Source: Eledone cirrhosa | Lineage: Eukaryota | Direction of reading: 5' to 3' | NCBI GenBank assembly: GCA_964016885.1 | Contig: OZ024745.1 | Span: forward strand, 14,446,001-14,510,000 | Length of the DNA: 64,000 bases | Shown: in pieces, positions 1 to 12,900 of the stretch | How positions within the stretch are numbered: position 1 is the first letter of the stretch | How the letters are laid out: every line of letters starts with the position of its first letter | Notes under the pieces: generated by a model | What the model was told of the DNA's origin: nothing | Database searches by the model: none | The model's input: the letters and a program-made list of their open reading frames with translations, nothing else | Translations under genes and position numbers: made by a program

Positions 1-89
1 CGTTTCGACAGCTATCTCTGAACCGGAACCATAGTATCGAGTACTCTGGTGCGTTAAGGTCCACCTGGTTCGCTACCACACTTCCTTCG

Positions 90-91
<2 letters not shown>
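1..91 (-). repeat. Short dispersed element embedded in (TA)n (family C; related copies at 24391-24525 and 31339-31426), cut by the window start
   Basis: Reverse complement reads TAACGAAGGAAGTGTGGTAGCGAACCAGGTGGACC...TAGCTGTCGAAACG, matching the other two copies. It abuts a (TA)n tract. Confidence 0.75.
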
Positions 92-142
<51 letters not shown>

Positions 143-439
143 ACTTGGTAGTTATTTATTTGCAGATACTCAATTTTCAAATCCTACCAATTATTCAGGC
201 TGTGTAACTACTAAAGAAACATTTGTAAACACTCGGAATAAATTACCTTTTTATGATGTCTACCTGTTTTATTAATCATTCTTTATCTACACTCCGGAAT
301 ATAGAAGAATTAGAAACCGAGTTTCTTTAACTGGTCTTCCGTAACTCGTTGAGTAACCCCTCACCGTACGTCGACTCTAACTAGTGTAGTAATTAACCAT
401 TACTGCATTTAGGATAATCCTAAGCAATTCTCGTATAAC

Positions 440-510
<71 letters not shown>

Positions 511-837
511 CGGCGATGAATTAGTTTTGCGAGGTTTTTGATATGAAATCGTTTGTCGAAATAAACAGTGAGTGTGTTCTGTTATGAATTTTGGCAATAT
601 TATACAAAAATGACCCTCCCCAAGTATAACAATATATATATATGTATATGCTCTAACTGCTCGCAGAATATGAGAATAACTTTTAAAAAATATTTGATAA
701 GATTGAAATACCAAAGGAAACCGGTAATATTTAAGAAAATATAAATCCACTTAATGTAATAATTACAAAATCATTCTTTCTGTCGGATTAAAAATAATCT
801 TTTAATATAATTTTGCGGTTTTTTACTTTAACGTTTT

Positions 838-889
<52 letters not shown>

Positions 890-912
890 TTTTAATATAG
901 ATGAGATTCTAC

Positions 913-973
913 AGGACTAGAACTGTTTCATTCTTTAGACTGATGATTTCTAAAGAATGAAACTTCTAGTCCT
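913..973. repeat. Near-perfect inverted repeat containing a decayed hammerhead-like motif
   Basis: Arms AGGACTAGAA(CT)GTTTCATTCTTTAGA (913-939) and TCTAAAGAATGAAACTTCTAGTCCT (949-973). CTGATGA at 940-946 is followed by TTCT-AA-AGAA and GAAAC. The left arm recurs near 24556-24580. Confidence 0.65.
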
Positions 974-1042
974 TTTATACTCTGCTATGTATTGAGTACC
1001 TTACTTACTGTGGTTACCTCCGATTCAACCCGGAATAACTTA

Positions 1043-1136
<94 letters not shown>

Positions 1137-1174
1137 CATATATATATGAGTGTGTGTGTATGTATGTATGTATG

Positions 1175-1236
<62 letters not shown>

Positions 1237-1239
<3 letters not shown>

Positions 1240-2022
1240 TAGCAACAGTACCCAGCGTTGCCTGGGTAGGCAAAATAATATCTGGTTTGGTGAAAAGGTG
1301 TTGATCTTAGCGACTGCTTCTCGATGACTCATCTATGGCCACACTCAGGCCATGCGGTGGAGGGTGGTGATGATCTCTATCACTGAGAAACGCGGGTAAC
1401 TGACGAAGGAGCATGCTGGGGGAGGGAGTTTCGAATTTGAACGAAATCGGTTGAAAAATGTGGGAGCTAGAGCCGAAAAGGCGGAAATTTGAGCGAAAAG
1501 GTGGTATTTTCGAATATTTAAGCGGCTGCCAAGCCGTTCCTGAACAACAAATCCAAAATGTAAAGCCACTATATGACGTGAAATAATCAGATCTAGCGTA
1601 GTGTAAAATTTGAACAAAGTAGGTTGATTAATGTGGGAGCTAAATCCGAAAAAGTTGAAATTTGGGTTTAAAAGTATTATTTTTGAATATTTAAGCGGCT
1701 GCCACGCCGTCCCTGAACAACAAATAAAATATAAAGCTATTACAGGATGTGCAATGATAAATTCTATTTTGCTTTAAAATTTGAACGAAATCGGTGGCAA
1801 AATATGGGAGCTAGAGCCAAAAATCTTATTTTTCGATACCTTAAAAAAAGGTGACCCCCTGTCGATTTTTATTTGCAGAGTGAATAAAAAAAAATGATAC
1901 GCTGATATATAGAAAACACTCCCCGACGACTAATCTATGAGCCTGTAAAGTTTCAAGAAAATCGGTAGTAAGATGTAGGCCCCTATAGGTAATACACAGA
2001 CACACACACATACTTAATTTTA
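1237..2022 (+). mobile_element. Probable non-autonomous Helitron/Helentron-like element with internal ~172-bp imperfect tandem repeats
   Basis: Starts TACTAGC followed by a small hairpin (CCCAG-CGTTGC-CTGGG). ATTTGAAC.AA...GG....AAT.TGGGAGCTA recurs at ~1435, ~1608 and ~1779. Ends with AAAGTTTCAAGAAAATCGG...ACAGACACAC...TTTTATATA and lies between TA tracts. Family call is from recalled Lep1/DINE-1-like layouts. Confidence 0.5.
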
Positions 2023-2042
2023 TATATATACATATATATATA

Positions 2043-2471
2043 TAAACGGAAAAAGTGAAACGAAATTTCATTTCTCACTCTTAGTACGGCTGTTACTTAA
2101 ATACATACATACATATATATAGCTTATTAGCTATCGTCAGCAACGTATACCTTCCTGCCAGATGGTTGAACGTCTGAAAGTATATACTTTCCTTATGCAT
2201 ATTAACGGTATGAAGGAAGGTATACGTTGCTGACGATAGCTAATAAGCTTGAAACTAGTACAGCGTTCCTTTGTCAGTGTTGAACAAATGAGCAACGATG
2301 GTTGCTAGACACTGTACGGCTTAATTCGGGATGTTTGTTTACAAACACACCGAGCATTATAATAAATGTTCGGTGAATTCATACGCACATATATATATGT
2401 GTGCATGTATATATATATATATATACATACTACTGTATGTCTGTATACATATATGTATGTACATATACATA

Positions 2472-2480
<9 letters not shown>
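2043..2480. mobile_element. Hammerhead-bearing element, family B copy 1 (Penelope pLTR or retrozyme-like), with inverted 5' segments
   Basis: 2215-2480 aligns by eye to ~30511-30770. 2121-2208 and 2043-2103 are reverse complements of ~30458-30545 and ~30341-30401. Flanked by (TA)n. Confidence 0.75.
2224..2266 (+). ncRNA. Minimal Type I hammerhead ribozyme (family B)
   Basis: Stem I ACGTTG/CAGCGT; core CTGACGA (2230-2236); stem II AGCT-AATA-AGCT; GAAA; palindromic stem III ACTAGT; cleavage triplet GUA (2258-2260). Confidence 0.8.
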
Positions 2481-2527
<47 letters not shown>

Positions 2528-2532
2528 AATTA

Positions 2533-2818
2533 ATTAAAATAACAGATTAAAGTTTAAGCAAAAAATCGCTGCTTTCACCCTTAACGGGATCTTCTGATAC
2601 TAAAAAAGTCAATCTGTGAACGCAGAAGTATATATTTCAAAAAACGTTGCAAAAAAACGTTGCAACCGGAGGAAGACAGGAAGACGATACTTTGGTTCGT
2701 GGAAACGTTCCCTGGAAAAGAACGGGAAAAAACGAAGATAATACGTCATTATTTGGACCGTTGAAAAACAATTACACGCAAAGACAAAATTGCTTAAACT
2801 TTAATCTGTTATTTTAAT
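2533..2818. repeat. Segment bounded by 29-bp inverted repeats (MITE-like or fold-back remnant)
   Basis: ATTAAAATAACAGATTAAAGTTTAAGCAA (2533-2561) and TTGCTTAAACTTTAATCTGTTATTTTAAT (2790-2818). A further inverted copy of ~2797-2842 lies at ~3559-3603. Confidence 0.7.
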
Positions 2819-3361
2819 ATATATTAGCTCTACGGTTCTTATATATTTGATATATATTTATCCTTATCGAGCCCTCTTTGGATTTTAGTCTTCAAATTTA
2901 TTATTATTACTATATATATATATACCTGATTGGTTTTCTCGTTGCTTTGGTTTCATGTGGCTGGGTTCACCGGTCGCAGTTTTCAATTTGTCAAGCTATC
3001 TAACTCATCTTATTACTCTATGGTGACACAACCTTATCGAGTGGTTTGCTACTCATTCCTAATTGTATATCGTTAGCTTGGCCACAGCCAAAACTTCGAT
3101 TTTGCTAAAGTTCCATTTGAATATATATAGCAAAGTTGCACACGGAAAAAAAGAAACATGTGGGACGAACTAACAAATACATGTTCTACGTCATTAATGT
3201 AAACTGGTCGTCGTCGGAGATGTGGAATTTGAAGAAGATAAGTCAATCATTTTGTAGAACAAATAAAATCGTTTCTAAAAGTATATTTAATATTCTCCTT
3301 AATCTGCTTACAACAAGAAGAAGGAATGCTAAGTCGATGTGAAGATCAAGGGAACAGGCAG

Positions 3362-3394
3362 GAGAGAGAGAGAGGGAGAGAGAGAGAGAGTGAG

Positions 3395-3484
<90 letters not shown>

Positions 3485-3500
3485 TGTGTGTGTGTGTGTA
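3362..3500. repeat. Compound (GA)n(GT)n microsatellite
   Basis: Read directly from the sequence. Confidence 0.95.
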
Positions 3501-3927
3501 TGTAAAATGAAGAATGATACATGGAACTCTCTATCCCTGTCTATATATATATATATATAAGAACCGTAGAGCAAATATTTATTAAAATAACAGATTCAAG
3601 TTTATATATATATAAACATATAGTGCACACATGTGGATGTCTGTATTATTTTAAACAAGTATAAATGCAATCAGAAGATCCTTACAAGAAAGTAACTCAC
3701 AAGTAAAGTAAATCTATCGAGTTCATATAATTTTGTTTGAATTCGTTTTAAAAATAATCATCACGCACTCTTCTACACTCCGAGATAAATCTTCAAACAA
3801 TACTTTTTTCTGTGCTTCTAAAACATTAAATAACCTATCTAAACATTTGGCATTCATGAGAAAAAATAGCAAACATACTGACATGATTGAAACTTTTGTT
3901 GTTCATCTTTTGCTCAGTAATTGTATT

Positions 3928-6900
3928 ACTTATTTACTATATATTTGTGAGTGTATGTGTGTATGTCACAGAAAGAACTTATTTACTATATATTTGTGAG
4001 TGTATGTGTGTATGTCACAGAAAGAACTTATTTACTATATATTTGTGAGTGTATGTGTTTATGTATGTCACAGAAAGAACTTATTTACTATATATTTGTG
4101 AGTGTGTGTATGTATGTCACAGAAAGAACTTATTTACTATATATTTGTGATTGTGAGTGTGTGTATGTATGTCACAGAAAGAACTTATTTACTATATATT
4201 TGTGAGTGTATGTGTGTATGCCACAGAAAGAACTTATTTACTATATATTTGTGAGTGTATGTGTGTATGTATGTCACAGAAAGAACTTATTTACTATATA
4301 TTTGTGATTGTGAGTGTATGTCACAGAAAGAACTTATTTACTATATATTTGTGAGTGTATGTCTGTATGTATGTCACAGAAAGAACTTATTTACTATATA
4401 TTTGTGAGTGTGTGTATGTATGTCACAGAAAGAACTTATTTACTATATGTTTGTCAGTGTATGTGTGTATGTCACAGAAAGAACTTATTTACTATATATT
4501 TGTGAGTGTATGTCTGTATGTATGTCACAGAAAGAACTTATTTACTATATATTTGTCAGTGTATGTGTGTATGTATGTCACAGAAAGAACTTATTTACTA
4601 TATATTTGTGAGTGTGTGTGTGTATGTCACAGAAAGAACTTATTTACTATATATTTGTCAGTGTATGTGTGTATGTATGTCACAGAAAGAACTTATTTAC
4701 TATATATTTGTGAGTGTATGTGTGTATGTCACAGAAATAACTTATTTACTATATATTTGTGATTGTGAATGTATGTGTGTATGTCACAGAAAGAACTTAT
4801 TTACTATATATTTGTGATTGTGAGTGTATGTGTGTATGTCACAGAAAGAACTTATTTACTATATATTTGTCAGTGTATGTGTGTATGTCACAGAAAGAAC
4901 TTATTTACTATATATTTGTGAGTGTATGTGTGTATGTATGTCACAGAAAGAACTTATTTACTATATATTTGTGAGTGTATGTGTGTATGTCACAGAAAGA
5001 ACTTATTTACTATATATTTGTGAGTGTATGTGTGTATGTATGTCACAGAAAGAACTTATTTACTATATATTTGTGAGTGTGTGTATGTATGTCACAGAAA
5101 GAACTTATTTACTATATATTTGTGAGTGTATGTGTGTATGTCACACAAAGAACTTATTTACTATATATTTGTGAGTGTATGTGTGTATGTATGTCACAGA
5201 AAGAACTTATTTACTATATATTTGTGAGTGTATGTGTGTATGTCACAGAAAGAACTTATTTGCTATATATTTGTGAGTGTATGTGTGTATGTATGTCACA
5301 GAAAGAACTTATTTACTATATATTTGTGATTGTGAGTGTATGTCACAGAAAGAACTTATTTACTATATATTTGTGAGTGTATGTCTGTATGTATGTCACA
5401 GAAAGAACTTATTTACTATATATTTGTGAGTGTGTGTATGTATGTCACAGAAAGAACTTATTTACTATATGTTTGTCAGTGGATGTGTGTATGTCACAGA
5501 AAGAACTTATTTACTATATATTTGTGAGTGTATGTCTGTATGTATGTCACAGAAAGAACTTATTTACTATATATTTGTGAGTGTATGTATGTATGTCACA
5601 GAAAGAACTTATTTACTATATATTTGTGAGTGTATGTATGTATGTCACAGAAAGAACTTATTTACTATATATTTGTCAGTGTATGTGTGTATGTATGTCA
5701 CAGAAAGAACTTATTTACTATATATTTGTGAGTGTGTGTGTGTATGTCACAGAAAGAACTTATTTACTATATATTTGTGAGTGTATGTGTGTATGTATGT
5801 CACAGAAAGAACTTATTTACTATATATTTGTGAGTGTATGTGTGTATGTCACAGAAAGAACTTATTTACTATATATTTGTGAGTGTATGTGTGTATGTAT
5901 GTCACAGAAAGAACTTATTTACTATATATTTGTGAGTGTGTGTATGTATGTCACAGAAAGAACGTATTTACTATATATTTGTGAGTGTATGTGTGTATGT
6001 CACACAAAGAACTTATTTACTATATATTTGTGAGTGTATGTGTGTATGTCACAGAAAGAACTTATTTACTATATATTTGTGAGTGTATGTGTGTATGTCA
6101 CAGAGAGAACTTATTTACTATATATTTGTGAGTGTATGTGTGTATGTCACAGAAAGAACTTATTTACTATATATTTGTGAGTGTATGTATGTATGTCACA
6201 GAAAGAACTTATTTACTATATATTTGTCAGTGTATGTGTGTATGTATGTCACAGAAAGAACTTATTTACTATATATTTGTGAGTGTGTGTATGTACGTCA
6301 CAGAAAGAACTTATTTACTATATATTTGTGAGTGTATGTGTGTATGTCACAGAAAGAACTTATTTACTATATATTTGTGAGTGTATGTATGTATGTCACA
6401 GAAAGAACTTATTTACTATATATTTGTCAGTGTATGTGTGTATGTCACAGAAAGAACTTATTTACTATATATTTGTGAGTGTATGTGTGTATGTCACAGA
6501 AAGAACTTATTTACTATATATTTGTGAGTGTATGTGTGTATGTCACAAAAAGAACTTATTTACTATATATTTGTGAGTGTGTGTATGTACGTCACGGAAA
6601 GAACTTATTTACTATATATTTGTGAGTGTATGTGTGTATGTCACAGAAAGAACTTATTTACTATATATTTGTCAGTGTATGTGTGTATGTCACAGAAAGA
6701 ACTTATTTACTATATATTTGTGAGTGTGTGTATGTCACAGAAAGAACTTATTTACTATATATTTGTGAGTGTGTGTATGTATGTCACAGAAAGAACTTAT
6801 TTACTATATATTTGTGAGTGTATGTGTGTATGTATGTCACAGAAAGAACTTATTTACTATATATTTGTGAGTGTGTGTATGTATGTCACAGAAAGAACTT

Positions 6901-9900
6901 ATTTACTATATATTTGTGAGTGTATGTGTGTATGTCACAGAAAGAACTTATTTACTATATATTTGTGAGTGTGTGTATGTATGTCACAGAAAGAACTTAT
7001 TTACTATATATTTGTGAGTGTATGTGTGTATGTCACAGAAAGAACTTATTTACTATATATTTGTGAGTGTATGTGTGTATGTCACAGAAAGAACTTATTT
7101 ACTATATATTTGTGAGTGTATGTGTGTATGTCACAGAAAGAACTTATTTACTATATATTTGTGATTGTGAGTGTATGTGTGTATGTCACAGAAATAACTT
7201 ATTTCCTATATATTTGTGAGTGTATGTATGTATGTCACAGAAAGAACTTATTTACTATATATTTGTGAGTGTATGTGTGTATGTCACAGAAAGAATTTAT
7301 TTACTATATATTTGTGAGTGTATGTATGTATGTCACAGAAAGAACTTATTTACTATATATTTGTGAGTGTATGTGTGTATGTCACAGAAAGAACTTATTT
7401 ACTATATATTTGGGAGTGTGTGTATGTATGTCACAGAAAGAACTTATTTACTATATATTTGTGAGTGTATGTGTGTATGTCACAGAAAGAACTTATTTAC
7501 TATATATTTGTGAGTGTGTGTATGTATGTCACAGAAAGAACTTATTTACTATATATTTGTGAGTGTATGTGTGTATGTCACAGAAAGAACTTATTTACTA
7601 TATATTTGTCAGTGTATGTGTGTATGTATGTCACAGAAAGAACTTATTTACTATATATTTGTGAGTGTATGTGTGTATGTCACAGAAAGAACTTATTTCC
7701 TATATATTTGTGAGTGTATGTGTGTATGTATGTCACAGAAAGAACTTATTTACTATATATTTGTGAGTGTATGTGTGTATGTATGTCACAGAAAGAACTT
7801 ATGTACTATATATTTGTGAGTGTATGTATGTATGTCACAGAAAGAACTTATTTACTATATATTTGTGAGTGTATGTGTGTATGTCACAGAAATAACTTAT
7901 TTACTATATATTTGTGATTGTGAGTGTATGTGTGTATGTCACAGAAAGAACTTATTTCCTATATATTTGTGAGTGTATGTGTGTATGTATGTCACAGAAA
8001 GAACTTATTTACTATATATTTGTGAGTGTATGTGTGTATGTCACAGTAAGAACTTATTTACTATATATTTGTGGGTGTATGTGTGTATGTCACAGAAAGA
8101 ACTTATTTACTATATATTTGTGAGTGTATGTATGTATGTATGTCACAGAAAGAACTTATTTACTATATATTTGCCAGTGTATGTGTGTATGTATGTCACA
8201 GAAAGAACTTATTTACTATATATTTGTGAGTGTATGCGTGTATGTCACAGAAAGAACTTATTTACTATATATTTGTCAGTGTATGTGTGTATGTATGTCA
8301 CAGAAAGAACTTATTTACTATATATTTGTGAGTGTATGTGTGTATGTATGTCACAGAAAGAACTTATTTACTATATATTTGTGATTGTGAGTGTATGTGT
8401 GTATGTCACAGAAAGAACTTATTTACTCTATATTTGTGAGTGTATGTGTGTATGTCACAGAAAGAACTTATTTACTATATATTTTTGGAGTGTGTGTATG
8501 TATATCACAGAAAGAACTTATTTACTATATATTTGTGAGTGTATGTGTGTATGTCACAGAAAGAACTTATTTACTATATATTTGTGAGTGTGTGTATGTA
8601 TGTCACAGAAAGAACTTATTTACTATATATTTGTGAGTGTATGTGTGTATGTCACAGAAAGAACTTATTTACTATATATTTGTCAGTGTATGTCTGTATG
8701 TATGTCACAGAAAGAACTTATTTACTATATATTTGTGAGTGTATGTGTGTATGTCACAGAAAGAACTTATTTACTATATATTTGTCAGTGTATGTGTGTA
8801 TGTATGTCACAGAAAGAACTTATTTACTATATATTTGTGAGTGTATGTGTGTATGTCACAGAAATAACTTATTTACTATATATTTGTGATTGTGAGTGTA
8901 TGTGTGTATGTCACAGAAAGAACTTATTTACTATATATTTGTGATTGTGAGTGTATGTGTGTATGTCACAGAAAGAACTTATTTACTATATATTTGTCAG
9001 TGTATGTGTGTATGTCACAGAAAGAACTTATTTACTATATATTTGTGAGTGTATGTCTGTATGTATGTCACAGAAAGAACTTATGTACTATATATTTGTG
9101 AGTGTATGTATGTCACAGAAAGAACTTATTTACTATATATTTGTGAGTGTATGTCTGTATGTATGTCACAGAAAGAACTTATTTACTATATATTTGTGAG
9201 TCTATGTGTGTATGTCACAGAAAGAACTTATTTACTATATATTTGGGAGTGTGTGTATGTATGTCACAGAAAGAACTTATTTACTATATATTTGTGAGTG
9301 TATGTGTGTATGTCACAGAAAGAACTTATTTACTATATATTTGTGAGTGTGTGTATGTATGTCACAGAAAGAACTTATTTACTATATATTTGTGAGTGTA
9401 TGTGTGTATGTCACAGAAAGAACTTATTTACTATATATTTGTGAGTGTATGTGTGTATGTATGTCACAGAAAGAACTTATTTACTATATATTTGTGAGTG
9501 TATGTGTGTATGTCACAGAAAGAACTTATTTCCTATATATTTGTGAGTGTATGTGTGTATGTATGTCACAGAAAGAACTTATTTACTATATATTTGTGAG
9601 TGTATGTGTGTATGTATGTCACAGAAAGAACTTATGTACTATATATTTGTGAGTGTATGTATGTATGTCACAGAAAGAACTTATTTACTATATATTTGTG
9701 AGTGTATGTGTGTATGTCACAGAAAGAACTTATTTACTATATATTTGTGATTGTGAGTGTATGTGTGTATGTCACAGAAAGAACTTATTTCCTATATATT
9801 TGTGAGTGTATGTGTGTATGTATGTCACAGAAAGAACTTATTTACTATATATTTGTGAGTGTATGTGTGTATGTCACAGAAAGAACTTATTTACTATATA

Positions 9901-12900
9901 TTTGTGGGTGTATGTGTGTATGTCACAGAAAGAACTTATTTACTATATATTTGTGAGTGTATGTATGTATGTATGTCACAGAAAGAACTTATTTACTATA
10001 TATTTGCCAGTGTATGTGTGTATGTATGTCACAGAAAGAACTTATTTACTATATATTTGTGAGTGTATGCGTGTATGTCACAGAAAGAACTTATTTACTA
10101 TATATTTGTCAGTGTATGTGTGTATGTATGTCACAGAAAGAACTTATTTACTATATATTTGTGAGTGTATGTGTGTATGTATGTCACAGAAAGAACTTAT
10201 TTACTATATATTTGTGATTGTGAGTGTATGTGTGTATGTCACAGAAAGAACTTATTTACTATATATTTGTGAGTGTATGTGTGTATGTCACAGAAAGAAC
10301 TTATTTACTATATATTTTTGGAGTGTGTGTATGTATGTCACAGAAAGAACTTATTTACTATATATTTGTGAGTGTATGTGTGTATGTCACAGAAAGAACT
10401 TATTTACTATATATTTGTGAGTGTGTGTATGTATGTCACAGAAAGAACTTATTTACTATATATTTGTCAGTGTATGTGTGTATGTCACAGAAAGAACTTA
10501 TTTACTATATATTTGTCAGTGTATGTCTGTATGTATGTCACAGAAAGAACTTATTTACTATATATTTGTGAGTGTATGTGTGTATGTCACAGAAAGAACT
10601 TATTTACTATATATTTGTCAGTGTATGTGTGTATGTATGTCACAGAAAGAACTTATTTACTATATATTTGTGATTGTGAGTGTATGTGTGTATGTCACAG
10701 AAAGAACTTATTTACTATATATTTGTGAGTGTATGTGTGTATGTCACAGAAAGAACTTATTTACTATATATTTTTGGAGTGTGTGTATGTATGTCACAGA
10801 AAGAACTTATTTACTATATATTTGTGAGTGTATGTGTGTATGTCACAGAAAGAACTTATTTACTATATATTTGTGAGTGTGTGTATGTATGTCACAGAAA
10901 GAACTTATTTACTATATATTTGTCAGTGTATGTGTGTATGTCACAGAAAGAACTTATTTACTATATATTTGTCAGTGTATGTCTGTATGTATGTCACAGA
11001 AAGAACTTATTTACTATATATTTGTGAGTGTATGTGTGTATGTCACAGAAAGAACTTATATACTATATATTTGTCAGTGTATGTGTGTATGTATGTCACA
11101 GAAAGAACTTATTTACTATATATTTGTGAGTGTATGTGTGTATGTCACAGAAATAACTTATTTACTATATATTTGTGATTGTGAGTGTATGTGTGTATGT
11201 CACAGAAAGAACTTATTTACTATATATTTGTGATTGTGAGTGTATGTGTGTATGTCACAGAAAGAACTTATTTACTATATATTTGTCAGTGTATGTGTGT
11301 ATGTCACAGAAAGAACTTATTTACTATATATTTGTGAGTGTATGTCTGTATGTGTGTCACAGAAAGAACTTATGTACTATATATTTGTGAGTGTATGTAT
11401 GTCACAGAAAGAACTTATTTACTATATATTTGTGAGTGTATGTCTGTATGTATGTCACAGAAAGAACTTATTTACTATATATTTGTGAGTCTATGTGTGT
11501 ATGTCACAGAAAGAACTTATTTACTATATATTTGGGAGTGTGTGTATGTATGTCACAGAAAGAACATATTTACTATATATTTGTGAGTGTATGTGTGTAT
11601 GTCACAGAAAGAACTTATTTACTATATATTTGTGAGTGTGTGTATGTATGTCACAGAAAGAACTTATTTGCTATATATTTGTGAGTGTATGTGTGTATGT
11701 TACAGAAAGAACTTATTTCCTATATATTTGTGAGTGTATGTGTGTATGTATGTCACAGAAAGAACTTATTTACTATATATTTGTGAGTGTATGTGTGTAT
11801 GTCACAGAAAGAACTTATTTACTATATATTTGTGATTGTGAGTGTATGTGTGTATGTCACAGAAAGAACTTATTTACTATATATTTGTGAGTGTATGTGT
11901 GTATGTATGTCACAGAAAGACCTTATTTACTATATATTTGTGAGTGTATGTGTGTATGTCACAGAAAGAACTTATTTACTATATATTTGTGGGTGTATGT
12001 GTGCATGTCACAGAAAGAACTTATTTACTATATATTTGTGAGTGTATGTATGTATGTATGTCACAGAAAGAACTTATTTACTATATATTTGCCAGTGTAT
12101 GTGTGTATGTATGTCACAGAAAGAACTTATTTACTATATATTTGTGAGTGTATGCGTGTATGTCACAGAAAGAACTTATTTACTATATATTTGTCAGTGT
12201 ATGTGTGTATGTATGTCACAGAAAGAACTTATTTACTATATATTTGTGAGTGTATGTGTGTATGTCACAGAAATAACTTATTTATTATATATTTGTGATT
12301 GTGAGTGTATGTGTGAATGTCACAGAAAGAACTTATTTACTATATATTTGTGATTGTGAGTGTATGTGTGTATGTCACAGAAAGAACTTATTTACTATAT
12401 ATTTGTCAGTGTATGTATGTATGTCACAGAAAGAACTTATTTACTATATATTTGTGAGTGTATGTCTGTATGTATGTCACAGAAAGAACTTATTTACTAT
12501 ATATTTGTGAGTCTATGTGTGTATGTCACAGAAAGAACTTATTTACTATATATTTGGGAGTGTGTGTATGTATGTCACAGAAAGAACATATTTACTATAT
12601 ATTTGTGAGTGTATGTGTGTATGTCACAGAAAGAACTTATTTACTATATATTTGTGAGTGTGTGTATGTATGTCACAGAAAGAACTTATTTACTATATAT
12701 TTGTGAGTGTATGTGTGTATGTTACAGAAAGAACTTATTTCCTATATATTTGTGAGTGTATGTGTGTATGTATGTCACAGAAAGAACTTATTTACTATAT
12801 ATTTGTGAGTGTATGTCTGTATGTATGTCACAGAAAGAACTTATGTACTATATATTTGTGAGTGTATGTATGTCACAGAAAGAACTTATTTACTATATAT

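Noticed and set aside
409-1332. YI-repeat ORFs (also at 18.2, 19.3, 23.4 and 29.7-32.0 kb)
   Set aside because: They are translations of (TA)n and (CA)n microsatellites.
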